From the NCBI GenBank assembly GCA_011109175.1, contig RDEW01000002.1, forward strand, positions 1,120,676 through 1,184,675: DNA of 64,000 nucleotides, in the 5' to 3' direction. Positions 51,193 through 62,617 of the stretch are shown one piece after another (position 1 is the first letter of the stretch; each line of letters begins with the position of its first letter). The stretch comes from Dicyema japonicum (taxonomy: Eukaryota; Animalia; Dicyemida). The notes below the pieces were generated by a model, which was not told where the DNA came from, did no database searches, and worked only from the letters and a program-made list of their open reading frames with translations. A program made the position numbers and the translations under genes.

Positions 51193-52585
51193 TTTCGCAC
51201 GTGTACCGAACGGGGGACACATAGATTACTCTTATATTAGGATCTTACCATTAATACGATAATACCCGCAATGTCACAAATTCTCGATATTTGCTTTCTC
51301 TGCCACAAATTAAAGTCAATATAGGATCTTCGGAATTAATCTGAATACCCGAATGAGGGAATGTGAATGATTATGCGCTTTCTAGACTTTATTTCACCCC
51401 ATTTTTCACAGAAACGCTGAAATTACAGTTCACCAACCTCTTTCCTAATATAAAAGTTTTTGAGTGCTCTTTCCCGCTTGCTTCGGGCCAACTTTTTCGC
51501 TTTAAAAGTAACACTCGATGTAAGAAGGATTGAGGCTTTGGTGAACTCAAAGTTTGATTTTCTAGATTTGAGTTCATTCTTGTAGTGTTTTCTCCCCAAA
51601 TATCCTCTCCAATATCTTTGTATGGTTACTACAGCTGCGCTAAATCCATTCTTGCTAATGAACCGTCTCCCTAAAAGGTCATTAATTAACAAACTGGCTG
51701 ATTAATGAGATCGAGAACATCCCCCTTATTTAAGCATAAATCTGCCATTTGGTGGGCCGTAATCGTAATATTGAGTCGTTGAAGGTTAGAAAATTCAGCT
51801 AATCTACGATAATTATTGACATTTACTTGAATCCATCAATCAAAGCCAAGGGTACCGAGTATTCCTCACAGATGCCTTGTATTTTTTCCAACAAAACAAA
51901 TATTCTGACAATAAAATAAAACAAAAGTGTCCATGTCATCAAAATATTCCTTTTTGTATTTGAAATAATAAATGTCGCTGTTGTAATTTGCCACCTTTCC
52001 GTCGATAACACGGAAAACGAAGGATTTGTCACTTTCCGTCTTTTTCCGTGCATAGATCTCAATCCATTTCTAATTTTATACGATTAAACAGACGTCCGTT
52101 GAATTATCCTTACTCAACTTGTTCTGCGGTTTTTGACTTTTCAGTGAATTCCTTTTCCGTGATGTCTACTATTACGACGACATTACTGATTTTGGTTGAT
52201 CTTTGATTTGCAGTTTATCAGTGACGCTGAATCTCCCCATTTTATTGTTCCTCCCTAAATAATCAGGATTGATAACCCTTCTTGTGGTCGAACTTCAACG
52301 AGATCTACATTTAGGGGTACTCGAACTTTTTACGAACTGTTGTCTACTTTTCTTACTGTAATCAAGGAACTCTGTGGGTCCAATCTACAGTTAGCACATT
52401 TCACTACAGGTTGGTTGAATTTATAGTTGTTTGACACCTTACTTTTGGGTTTGGGGGAATTAATTGCTATCATAACAATCAACTTTACTGTTTGTCTGTT
52501 TTCAGGTTTGTCATGCATAATTTTAACTTTGTAAAGAGAACTATATTGATTAATCTGCAAACTTGTCAGGTCTGATTATTGGAAG
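51193..52585 (-). pseudogene. Internal IQCH fragment, second duplicate
   Basis: Near-identical to 32615-34008. Confidence 0.9.
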
Positions 52586-52804
52586 ATAAGTTGAACATTA
52601 AAATTTACAAAAACTTGATTGAGAATATTGGATATCATTTTGCTTCTTCCTACGCTTCCAAAAAAATCATTCGTAGAAAGATTCCTTTGCTTTCGTATTC
52701 AACAAATTTAAGATGACTTGGTATGTAACCACTGCGGGTGAGTTTTTTACCCGCCAAAATACAAACTGCTTTCGTTAATTTAATCTCATACAATAAAAGG
52801 CAAT

Positions 52805-53129
52805 AATAATAATAAAGCCTTTTCACGAGAGTCATACTATTTATAGGTCCGCATAGGCAGGACAAACACTTTATTTAAGTAAATAACAGAACATTTTAAC
52901 TATACTTAAAACCAAGGAATGATCTTCATTTCTTTTTTTCTTTTTCTTGCGTGAGTGTCCTTTCTAGACAATCCAGTTCCGCAGTGAGTATCCACTATTG
53001 ACGGCGTCACTCGTCAAACCCTTTCTGCATCGTAGATGCGTGGAACCTTCCACCAGGTGAACAGCAGCGAGATTCGAACCCGTAGGCTAAGCCACTTAAG
53101 CCCGACACCTAACCACTATGCCACCCGGC
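52805..53129 (-). mobile_element. tRNA-derived SINE
   Basis: Perfect TSD TAAAAGGCAAT at 52794-52804 and 53130-53140. Confidence 0.9.
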
Positions 53130-53367
53130 TAAAAGGCAATGGAATCTTATTACGGAATGGACAGCATTCAAAGGCCGTATATCCTTACCAATTTTTCTTA
53201 CTTCAACGTGTGGAAAGAATTAGAAACACCGATATGCCCAGAATTAAGACCTGCAACCGATGATGATGAAAGAATTATTGGAAAGGAGAGTATAACGGGT
53301 GGGAGATAAGGAATCCTATGATAGTGCTAATAATAGTAATTAATAGTGAATAAACCAAAAATATCAA

Positions 53368-54568
53368 TTAAAGTGATTGTAGACATGTCTTTAAATAAGA
53401 GGAAAAAGCCTAAAATAAAATAAAAATAAAACACTGGACTGTTCCACTTGGACACGTGCTAATTGTTTAAGTTTATTAATAACAAAATGGTGTCTATTAT
53501 TATTCCATGTAGTAATTTCTAATAATAATTAAAGGCAAACCCTCTTTTACAGATTGGTCAACACTAGTGAATCTATTAAGGGCTCTTTCCTTGTCCTCTT
53601 CATACTAGAAATAACGTAAACAAAAACAAATGATAACTCCCTCCCCCTAACTCTAGCAATCTCCAGGTTCTTGCATGCTCATCATAGACAACATAAAAGT
53701 AGTATCTTTGCATTATTAGCTGTTTTATTATTCTCAGGTCTTCCGTTGACTGAGTCATTGCCTCAACCAATAATTTGTCCATATTATCACACATGGACCG
53801 TTCAAATGTCCTAATACGACTGAAATACGTACGACTATCCACAGGACACGTGAATGAGGCTCCAAAGAGTGCCAGAGTTAGGTCTAATATTATCAAATTA
53901 TACTTATATTAGCCCTCACTACTCCACAATGTTTCTTTTCAATATCACTCATAAGTTGGAGATGAGGCCCAATATTCTCCTTTTTCTCCTGCATGCACTC
54001 ATCATTGTCCCTTAGTTTGTTTAGAGATAGCTTTGAGTCCTTCAACTTCTTAAATAATGAATCCAATGGTGATGTAATTTTCGTCTCTAACTGACATTCT
54101 ATTAATATTCACACGTTTTGTTGAAATGTCAAGAATGCTGACAAACCAGTATCCTCACCGAATAAGGAGGTCATTCGGTCTAAAAACAGTTGATATCTCC
54201 CAACAGTTTTCTCAAACTTCTTCAAATATTCACTAAACTATACACAATCTTTACTATTTTATGTCATTCTCTATCTTTTCTCCATCATATTTCTCAGCAT
54301 CATACACTACATATCCGTAGTCAAACGACACTCTCAAATCTGGTTTTTGGGGAAGACCAGGAATCTCACATCAAATCATAAATTACCCCCAATCCTACGT
54401 TCTTTTCCGCCAGTTCATCATGTAACCACATAAAGTCATCCAGAGTCCTCTTTACTTCACATTCTTCTCCCTCACTGTTCTGCAAGTTTTATTTATTATT
54501 ACCCGTGATTTGATTTTGAATTCAATAACTCTGTCATCCTGGGATACGTCCAGTATTTTTGCCTCCAT
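53368..54568 (-). CDS. SNX5/6-like, copy C (most diverged)
   Basis: Same exon structure; N-terminus MEAKILDVSQDDRVIEFKIKSR. Confidence 0.7.
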
Positions 54569-54689
54569 TCCCCACAACGATTATTATTATTATTTAAATT
54601 ATTAATCATTATTATGTGGCTTTAATTAATTCCTGTGGATTATACTGCTCTACCATTATTATTGAATGATTTAGATAAACTAAATTTAC

Positions 54690-55040
54690 ATCGAACAAGC
54701 AATACATCGAACATCCGAACCATGCTTCTCGTACGCGTGTGCTTCGTGGGGACCTTCATTATCATGGACGAACACTAAGAAGATTGAGGACGTTCAAAAG
54801 AAGGCTTTCAGAATGACGGAGCGGTGGTCTTGTGGGAGACATAGAACCGGACTACTCTGGAGGCCCTCATTAAACAAAACTCCGGCATGCGGGATGGTGG
54901 CCCTGCAAATACAGTCAGCCGCCCTGTACGAGCTTGTGTGGGTACGAGGGAGAGCACTGGGAAAGTATGAGGATTTTGGCGGAGCGCATCGGGATCACGT
55001 GATAGTTAGTTTTGGTTTTACCGTGGTGTTAAATAAATAA
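54690..55040 (+). mobile_element. APE-LINE 3'-end remnant
   Basis: SYACASWGP...IEDVQKKAFR; GGGATCACGTGA...GTTAAATAAATAAA terminus. Confidence 0.6.
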
Positions 55041-56404
55041 ATTTAGTTACAAGCTTCCGCTTCAGAAAAGAGGTGGAGAAGTAGATCCGCCTTCTTCCAT
55101 TTTCATCACACGTCCTATCGTCGCGGACATTATTTCCTTCTTTTCATAATGTAATCTTATCCAGAGCCTATAATGTACTATTGGAGGATGGATTTAGTCT
55201 GTACAAACGGGCGTTCTCCCTCGGGTTCTTTCCTTAGATTAATTAATTATGACTGTTCTGAGCTTACAAAGATTGCAAACCTGGGTTAATAATAATCTTA
55301 TTCGTCATGGTCATTTTGAATAGAAAGAAATGATCAGTCTCACTTGAAAAAGCAGTCAAAGAAATTGAAAGCCATTTAATACAATCTATAGTTGCGAATA
55401 AAGCTGTGGAGAGTAGATACAACAATAATCATAGGAACAAAAGGATTGTCTCCTAGGTGTATGATGAAATCAAAATCGTGGAGAAGAAACTGAGTTAATA
55501 AATCAAGGAAGAGATTTAGAAGAGCCAATTTGTTCGTGGCGTGAGGTTAAGTCATTATAAATATTTCTTAAATAAATATTAAAAATTATTAATTTCCATA
55601 AAAAGTTTAATCAAAATGTGATGTTATTACTGCCTCTATCACCTAATTCCAGTATCCTTTTATGGTTGATAGAGAAAGTCCTATATATGTTTTAAAGTCG
55701 AAATAAGGAAACAATCACGAAATGAATAAACTTGGAGAAGAATGATTCTCGAATGGAAATATTCCTAGAGGTGCTCGATTCCTCTGGAGAGCTACGACAA
55801 CAGCTCCTCAATAGTGCTTTTAATAGCTATAATCACTGTGAATTCATGACCATTAATTTCATTAATTTGTTTGCCTAATGGTAATTAAGAATGACATAAA
55901 CTATATTATAGAAAGTTATGCTTACGAATTCATTAGTTCTCTGCCTTTTCTATTAAATTTTATAATTTTAAACTAAAATCATCTAAAGACATCTGATCTT
56001 TCCGTCTCACTTTTTGGAGACTTTCATAGCCTATAAGACATACAAGTCAAATAGTCCATTCCGGGATATATTAGAGTCCACTTAATCACAATCTGAATTT
56101 ATTAAACCACCTCATCATTATTCCCAAGTTTAAATTAATGATAATTTGAACATTCTTGATCAGTCTGAGGTTGTGACCAATTGTCAAGATGATTCAGTTC
56201 ATTGGAACAGTTTAGTTGATTATCATTTCTTTCGCACTAAAATTAAACTATAATCACACTTTAAAGCATAATCCAAATAGTCCTAAACATTTTTAATTTA
56301 TTTGTGTCGGATTTAAAAATATTCTTGATTTTCTTGCAATTAAGTAAAGACTATAGCTTTTCCCATCTTTATTATCGTTTAAAAAGGAATCCACGTTAAT
56401 TCGT

Positions 56405-56696
56405 TATTAAAACTGCACTTATACGCAGAGCCATATAAGCTATAGCTCTGCTTCTCAGGCAGGACACACACTTTATTTAAGTAAAGAACAGTTATTATAA
56501 CTAATCGGGAGAACCAAGAAATGCTCTTCACTTCTTTATCTTTTTGTTAAATGTATATCCTATAGTGAAATGTTTACTGATGACGACGTCACTCGTCAAG
56601 GCAAAGCATCATACATTTGTGAAACATTCAACCGAAATGTACAGCGGGATTCGAACTAGAGGTCATTGCCTAGCACTCGTTACACTACGCCACCAG
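56405..56696 (-). mobile_element. Older subfamily copy of the SINE
   Basis: Shared body and tail; head TGGCGTAGTG...AGTTCGAATCC. Confidence 0.75.
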
Positions 56697-56751
56697 ATAA
56701 TTCTTAATTTGTCATCAAGTTTAGGTTGAGAGTCATTATTCAAAACGGACA

Positions 56752-58421
56752 TTAAAACATTTTCTGTCTGACTTTCTTCACTTGAATAGAGTACTTGTCC
56801 TCCACTTGATTAGTCTTTTCTATGTTTTGAAATAACAAAATTATAAACTTTTGTGGAAATATCTGATACTTGTAATAAATTTCCTTATTCTCCTCTTCCA
56901 TTTACTCCTCGTTCGAGGACGCCCATACTGCAGTTATTAATGAATTTACCTCATCAATTGTTGCCTGTTTGTAGTAATTATCATTATTTCCCAAAAATCT
57001 CTCGAGTTTATCTTCTGGGATAAATCTCCCAGGGACTGCTTTGATGATTCCATCGATAATGTCATCCATCAATGGTTGTTTGGGGATTACTCTCTCTCCT
57101 TGAGCATTCACATACTCCTTTAATGGTTAATACTATTAATGCCCTGTCTTTCGTTCTAGTTGGTGGTAATCTATGGAAGCTATAATAATTAATAATACAC
57201 TTCTTGTTTTTCTGTCTTGGTGTGTCCATTTGGATGCTTTCTTCCTAATTTATTATAATTTACATTAACCCTTAAAATGGTTATGAATACTCCTTTTTAG
57301 TTGTCTCCCTCTTCTCTTCCATTTGCTTCTTGTCCTGTAATTTCCATTCTAGAGTCACTTGTATGATGTACTTCGTTTACTTCAGGCTGATTCCAGTAAT
57401 TATTATTGTTCCCAACCAACTTGTCCATTGTACTTCGTGGGAGAAACGGCCATAAGATAATATTAATAGCCATGTCAATAAAATTATCCCCCATAGTCTG
57501 TCGAGGAATTGGTAGTACTCCATTTTCGTCATCAAATCCTTCAATAAGTCATTGATATACAATATTTGGGTCCTTCCATTTACTAAGAGGTTTTGACGGT
57601 TTCTGTTAAGACAACAAATATACTTTTCTATTTCTGTGCTGATTGCTTGTCTCATCTGAACCAAGTCATTCTCTTTTAAATCAGCTTCATTCTCAGTTTG
57701 ATGCGAATAGTTTGTATTCTCTATAATCAGTAAAACTGGGACTTTTACAACAATAGTGGAGACTCTTTTCAACTCTTCTTTTCCGTCTCTTCCACTTACT
57801 TCTGGTTCGTTGACGTCCTCTCTACGGATTATAGTAAATCTGACATAATCAATAGTCGGCTGATCCCAATAATCATTATTGTCCCCAATAATTTGATTCA
57901 TCACTGAATTTGGAAGTATGAGTTTGAACAGTCTAACTCCACAATCAATGTAATCATCTAATATTGTTTGTTGGGGTATTCTGGGTTTTCCGGTCTCATC
58001 TCTATGGTCCTATTAATATCTAATCAATCCACCATTTCAGCATTCTTCCAATCACTCACATGCGGTCTGGTCTTTCATTTTCTGTTATTGAAACTTTGAG
58101 ACGATTTGTGGCACTCCGTTTGACATTTCTGTAACGTCTCACCCATTTGCTGTCTGCTGGTTCAAGTCCATTCTAATAATATATTTGTAACCCACTTCAT
58201 CTATTAGTGGCTGATTGGGTAATTAGAATTATCTCCAATCAATCTGTCCACTACTGCCTCTGGGGCAAAATTCCTGGTGACTAATTTCACGGCAAAGTCA
58301 ATCACTTGGTCTTTTTTGGGTGCTGATGGGATCTCCAATATAGGGGGTTCTTGTACTATCTCAGTTGTGGTTTGTTGTCTTTGTGGGTTGTTTCCCTAAA
58401 TTGTATTAATTATTTCACCAT
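56752..58421 (-). CDS. Uncharacterised protein with four ~78-aa repeats, about 12 micro-introns
   Basis: ATG|intron|GNNPQ; four copies of IPxQ...D..ID...P...G[DN]NxxY.xQ...[DN]x|xG...SKWxRR; last exon KTNQVEDKYSIQVKKVRQKMF; a few 1-nt indels needed. Confidence 0.8.
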
Positions 58422-58499
58422 AATGGTTATAATATTATCATTTCCCTAATATAATGCCTTTTATATGTTTCGTAGTTTAATAGTTATAATTATTTCTAT

Positions 58500-58770
58500 C
58501 TCTGACATCCCTCTTCTCCACTGTCCCTCCTCAGTGTGTTTTAGAATCCTCGAGGTTTCGGCTGTGATGGGATTGAAAATGAACAGTCCTACTAAGGTCG
58601 CGTATTTTTTAGAGTTTCGGCTCTCGCTGAGGCTGATCTTGCATATGTGGAAAAGGATAGGTTATCTACACATGTGGCGTCCCAGACCAAGTATTTCCCA
58701 TTTCTCCAAGAGTCGGACCTTTTGTTTTGGTTCCAGTTGCACTGGATATACAGCGATTTCGAGCCCACCC
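58500..58770 (-). mobile_element. Degenerate CRE-type fragment
   Basis: YPVQLEP, GKYLVWDATCVD, KKYATL...PITAETS. Confidence 0.7.
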
Positions 58771-59171
58771 CTAATTACTTAATTTATCGACTTGCAGCTC
58801 TCGTCCCGTAGGCAGGAGAGGGGTATTCCTGTCTCATGTAAACGTTGAGTTCGAATGGAGCCAGATTCGTGTTGAGTTATCCATTATCAAAGCCTTGAGC
58901 CACACACCGCTATCATTTCCTTCCATATATTGTATTATCAAAAATAAACGTTATGTGGCATGAAAAAGTTGACTATAATCGGGGGAAGTTATTTATGAAC
59001 ATGTCAAGAGACAGTGGGAGTTATTATTAAAAAGTTAAATAAAAAATGGTTATAAAATCACAGCGAGATTTCATGTAGCTCATGGCATAGTATAAAGAAT
59101 AACATGGACTGTGCACCAATGCATTATCCACAATTCGTTCAAAAGAAAAGCATATTTCAGAATCTTCTTTA

Positions 59172-59600
59172 CTAAACGTTCTTATTGAGTATTCTCCACT
59201 TGTCAAGTATAATGTCTGGTTTATTGTGTTGTACAGCGACTGAAATTTTGATTATTGTGTCTACCTTTAACAAAACTGTTGCATTTTCAACAACAAACTG
59301 TACTTTATGAGTCCTGAACTTTCTGGAATATGATAAACCATATTTGTTGACAAAATTAGGTTGATATACCGCATGTTGTGTTGGTAAAGCATTCTGCCTA
59401 CTTAATGGCCAAATGCCTTGCTTTTTGGCTACAATTTGGAAGCGTTTCCAATTTACCACAGATAAAATTTATGTTCTGTATAGTGCCCGAAAGAAATATA
59501 TTACGGCTTCTCAACAGATTCCCTCTTTATGCCAACCCAGTTGACTTTTCTGTGAATAGCTATTCACACTGACTAGAATAAACAGCCTAGCAGTGTCCAC
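59172..59600 (-). mobile_element. R4/NeSL-like RLE LINE fragment
   Basis: KYGL...HKVQFVVEN...VDTII...HNKPDII endonuclease motif. Confidence 0.6.
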
Positions 59601-60313
59601 AGATCGAAGACTGAAGGAATATTTGGATATAAAGGTAAATTAAATGACTGTCAGCCAAAACAAAAATCTGAAATTATTAGGAGTGAGCTTTGACCATCTT
59701 CTAGCAAGTGAAAGGACGTTAATGATTAAAGAAGCATGAGGACTTGCATCCAATAAGTGCTCAAAGGAACTCTCGAAAGTATGTTAGTCGAACGTAAGCA
59801 CTGAGTGAAGGTTTCTGGTGAAGAGTAAATCTCTGCTACTTATCAACTTGTGGAACTGCCATGCCGTGATGACATCAAACTGAACTCTAACAGAGATATT
59901 TCTACTGACTCTGATGGGAATAAGATGGAGCTTCACACTCTTCTTCTAGAGAAGGAGAGGATTACCAGCGATGTGGATTAAAGTCCACTTAATTAGATAA
60001 TTTACTCGTTTTATTTTATAGCCACTTTGTTTTCGACTAACCATTTTTAATATAATTCCAACTATTAATACTCGTCGACATAATTGATGCAAGGCTGCCT
60101 CTCACTATAGCAACGGAGATCAACTGAAGGAGTCACTTGGTTTCACGGATGTTATTCAATCAAATTCTGAAGGTCATGGTAAAATCAAACTAACTGATAA
60201 CACGATCCCAACACATTGCAGCAGGAGTTAATGCGTCTCCAAAGAGGGGAATTGTCTCCAAGCAAAGTAGGGTGATTGGTTCTTCTTCGAGATACATTAG
60301 TTCCTTTCTGGGC

Positions 60314-60350
60314 TCCACCTAAACCTTCGCCTTCCACCTAAACCTTCGCC
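60314..60350. repeat. 18-bp direct repeat, two copies
   Basis: TCCACCTAAACCTTCGCC at 60314-60331 and 60333-60350. Confidence 0.9.
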
Positions 60351-60693
60351 GTATTAAATATGAATGATTTTTTTGTTCTTTCGGCGCTTTAAACCTGGAA
60401 GACTGATGGATTCTCCCTAATCGTCCGGTTTTATGACGGATCCAGTTACTTACGAGGCTTTAGTCAGGAAAACAGTCGCGTAGGTTATCTAACCAAGTAT
60501 CTGTTCGTAACATGAAAATACATAAACTGTCTGGTGTCCAGAGAGGATCACAGAGGGAAGATGAGAGGCCTACAGAGATGGGTGAGATCACCTAATGACC
60601 CAGCTATTCTATTAATGTAAATAACACGAAGTACATATCAAAACATAAGCCAATGATTAATATTAAGAACAGAGTACCATTATATATGCAGAG

Positions 60694-60937
60694 TTAGCAT
60701 AATTTCTTCCCTTGTACCATATTACAAGTAACAGTGTAGGGGAGTTTAAGTCCCTTCTCAATAAAATTGACGAAGCTAGAACATCCAGGAATACACACAG
60801 CACATGGACTGAACATGACATACAATCCTGCACAAAAGAAGGCAATTGGGAATACAATTAAGAGAACTAAGAACCATACCAAACTAGAAAGAACACGTGT
60901 ATCAACCGCCTAATTAATTACTACAAACATATACCAT
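60694..60937 (-). CDS. Small Cys-rich membrane protein (72 aa)
   Basis: ATG|25-nt intron 60910-60934|AVDTRVLSSLVWFLVLLIVFPIAFFCAGLYVMFSPCAVCIPGC...LKLPYTVTCNMVQGKKLC; resembles an uncharacterised invertebrate family (from memory). Confidence 0.75.
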
Positions 60938-61065
60938 GGTATTTCTATATTAAAGTACGCTTAATCAGATTTTATTAATAATATTGATTATTTAACCACA
61001 AAAAATTGAATGAATTTTATAATTAAAATAACTGTCAATTAAAGCGGGAAATTTCGTAATTTTTG

Positions 61066-61616
61066 ATGGAGTCTTCTGAGAAATTAAAAACTAGAATAAT
61101 GTCAAAAATAAATAAAATAAAAACATAATAGTACAATTAATATATGACTTAAAGATTAATCAACAAGAGTGTGAGAACCGATTATCAGCGTTAATGTCGG
61201 AGAATCAAACCTTGTTAATAGATTGGTATTAAGTATAAGTGATAGATGACAACAACCGAAAATAAGTACAAAGAACTTAAAAAAGTTTAAGGACGCCAAA
61301 GCATCGTTTGACAGAGACCAACAACTTCAAATATTAAAAAGCAACTATTTTCTAGTAAACTTAATAATAATGAAAGACAAAGTATGAGAACAAAATAAAA
61401 GAGAAAGATAGTGAAAATTCAGTTTTAGCAGAAGAGCTATGGAAAGGGAGAGTTGCAATAGCAGAGATGGAGTATATAATAAATGAGTTTGAAGAAGAAG
61501 TTAAGAATATGAGGGAGTATAAGAGATTGATAGATCTCACCGTTAATGATATTAGTAATAAACTAACAAAGAATGAAGACAATTTAAATAAAATGCTAAA
61601 AAATCGGATTAACTAA
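61066..61616 (+). CDS. Small coiled-coil protein, or pseudogene
   Basis: Heptad-like K/E-rich frame ending KMLKNRIN-stop; micro-intron-like GT..AG segments; several frameshifts. Confidence 0.45.
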
Positions 61617-61799
61617 GTTATTAAATTTATGGTTTGTTTGACCTTGCTTAGTTTTATATTCTTAGTGGTTACGACGTATTAATATGCAATTAGTCATGGG
61701 TTCGAACCGAACAATCGATCAAACGTTACTTCTTAATTTTAGAGTGGACTATTATTCAATTCCACGATTTGTCTTTATTAGAGTTATTTGTGTTAACCA

Positions 61800-62490
61800 A
61801 ACAGATATTCAGCAAAGTAGAGTGAGGTCGACTCTTCTTGAGTGAGTCTAAATTGAATCGATGGGTTTTGAGTCAATTGCCTTGTAGAACTTATGGATTG
61901 TCTGAAGCACAAACCGACTCTCAGTCACTAATAAAATTAATTCACAACTGACAGAATGGTTAAAATTCCCAAGGTTACAGTCGACCAACAACTCGAAATT
62001 ATACCAATCATCCCTTTTGTAGTTCTTAAATGTTAGGCTTATCATGTGAGGACTTTTAAAATTCTGAGGTTGATGGTAAATTCTTAGAAAACAATCCATG
62101 AAATTAATGCCGGGAGGGTTTAAAATCACTAGTTTATCGAAAGAATCAATAATTAGGTTTCCTTTCGTGCAAGAGTCTTCAGCCATTGTGGGTGTTCGGC
62201 GTTCAATTTACCGGAGACAATTACAATTTCAAAGAGGTTGAGTGTGCTAAATCTGGAAGTGTCTCACTCGACCATGATCCAGGAAGAAGAATATACGGGT
62301 TAACAATATTCAGAGGGAATGACCCATTTTTCATGGCTAGTCTGCTGTTCCGTTAGGATATTCACGCTTATTGTCAGGGGACCACTATCACGTCCAAGCC
62401 GGTCTTTTCTCAGCATTGTGTATCCAGGAAGTCCGAGGGTGAAGATTACTGGTTAAGTATACTAGTCTTGGTTAATAGCGACGTCCATAT
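61800..62490 (-). mobile_element. Degenerate APE-LINE endonuclease remnant
   Basis: MDVAINQD, LPGYTMLRKDR, DHQP-like motif, FKNYKRDDW. Confidence 0.55.
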
Positions 62491-62617
62491 GAATTTTCTT
62501 ATTTATTTTATTGAACCAAAAAGATTAGTAAAATTTCCGTATGATGATTCCAACTATTATAATAATAAATATTAAATTAATAATAAATAATAAATAAGTA
62601 AAACTAATTTGACGTGT

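Larger units (their letters stand above)
39736..56820. repeat. Tandem segmental amplification, period about 6.5 kb (copies A 39736-46594, B 46595-53091, C from 53092)
   Basis: Equivalent ORFs recur at 40834/47686/54190; C stays collinear in patches (about 55047, 55793, 56673-56820). Confidence 0.92.

Noticed and set aside
60395-60480. Hammerhead ribozyme (CTGATGG...GAAA; also CTGATGA in the SINE antisense strand)
   Set aside because: Core and stems do not fit CUGANGA/GAAA/UH
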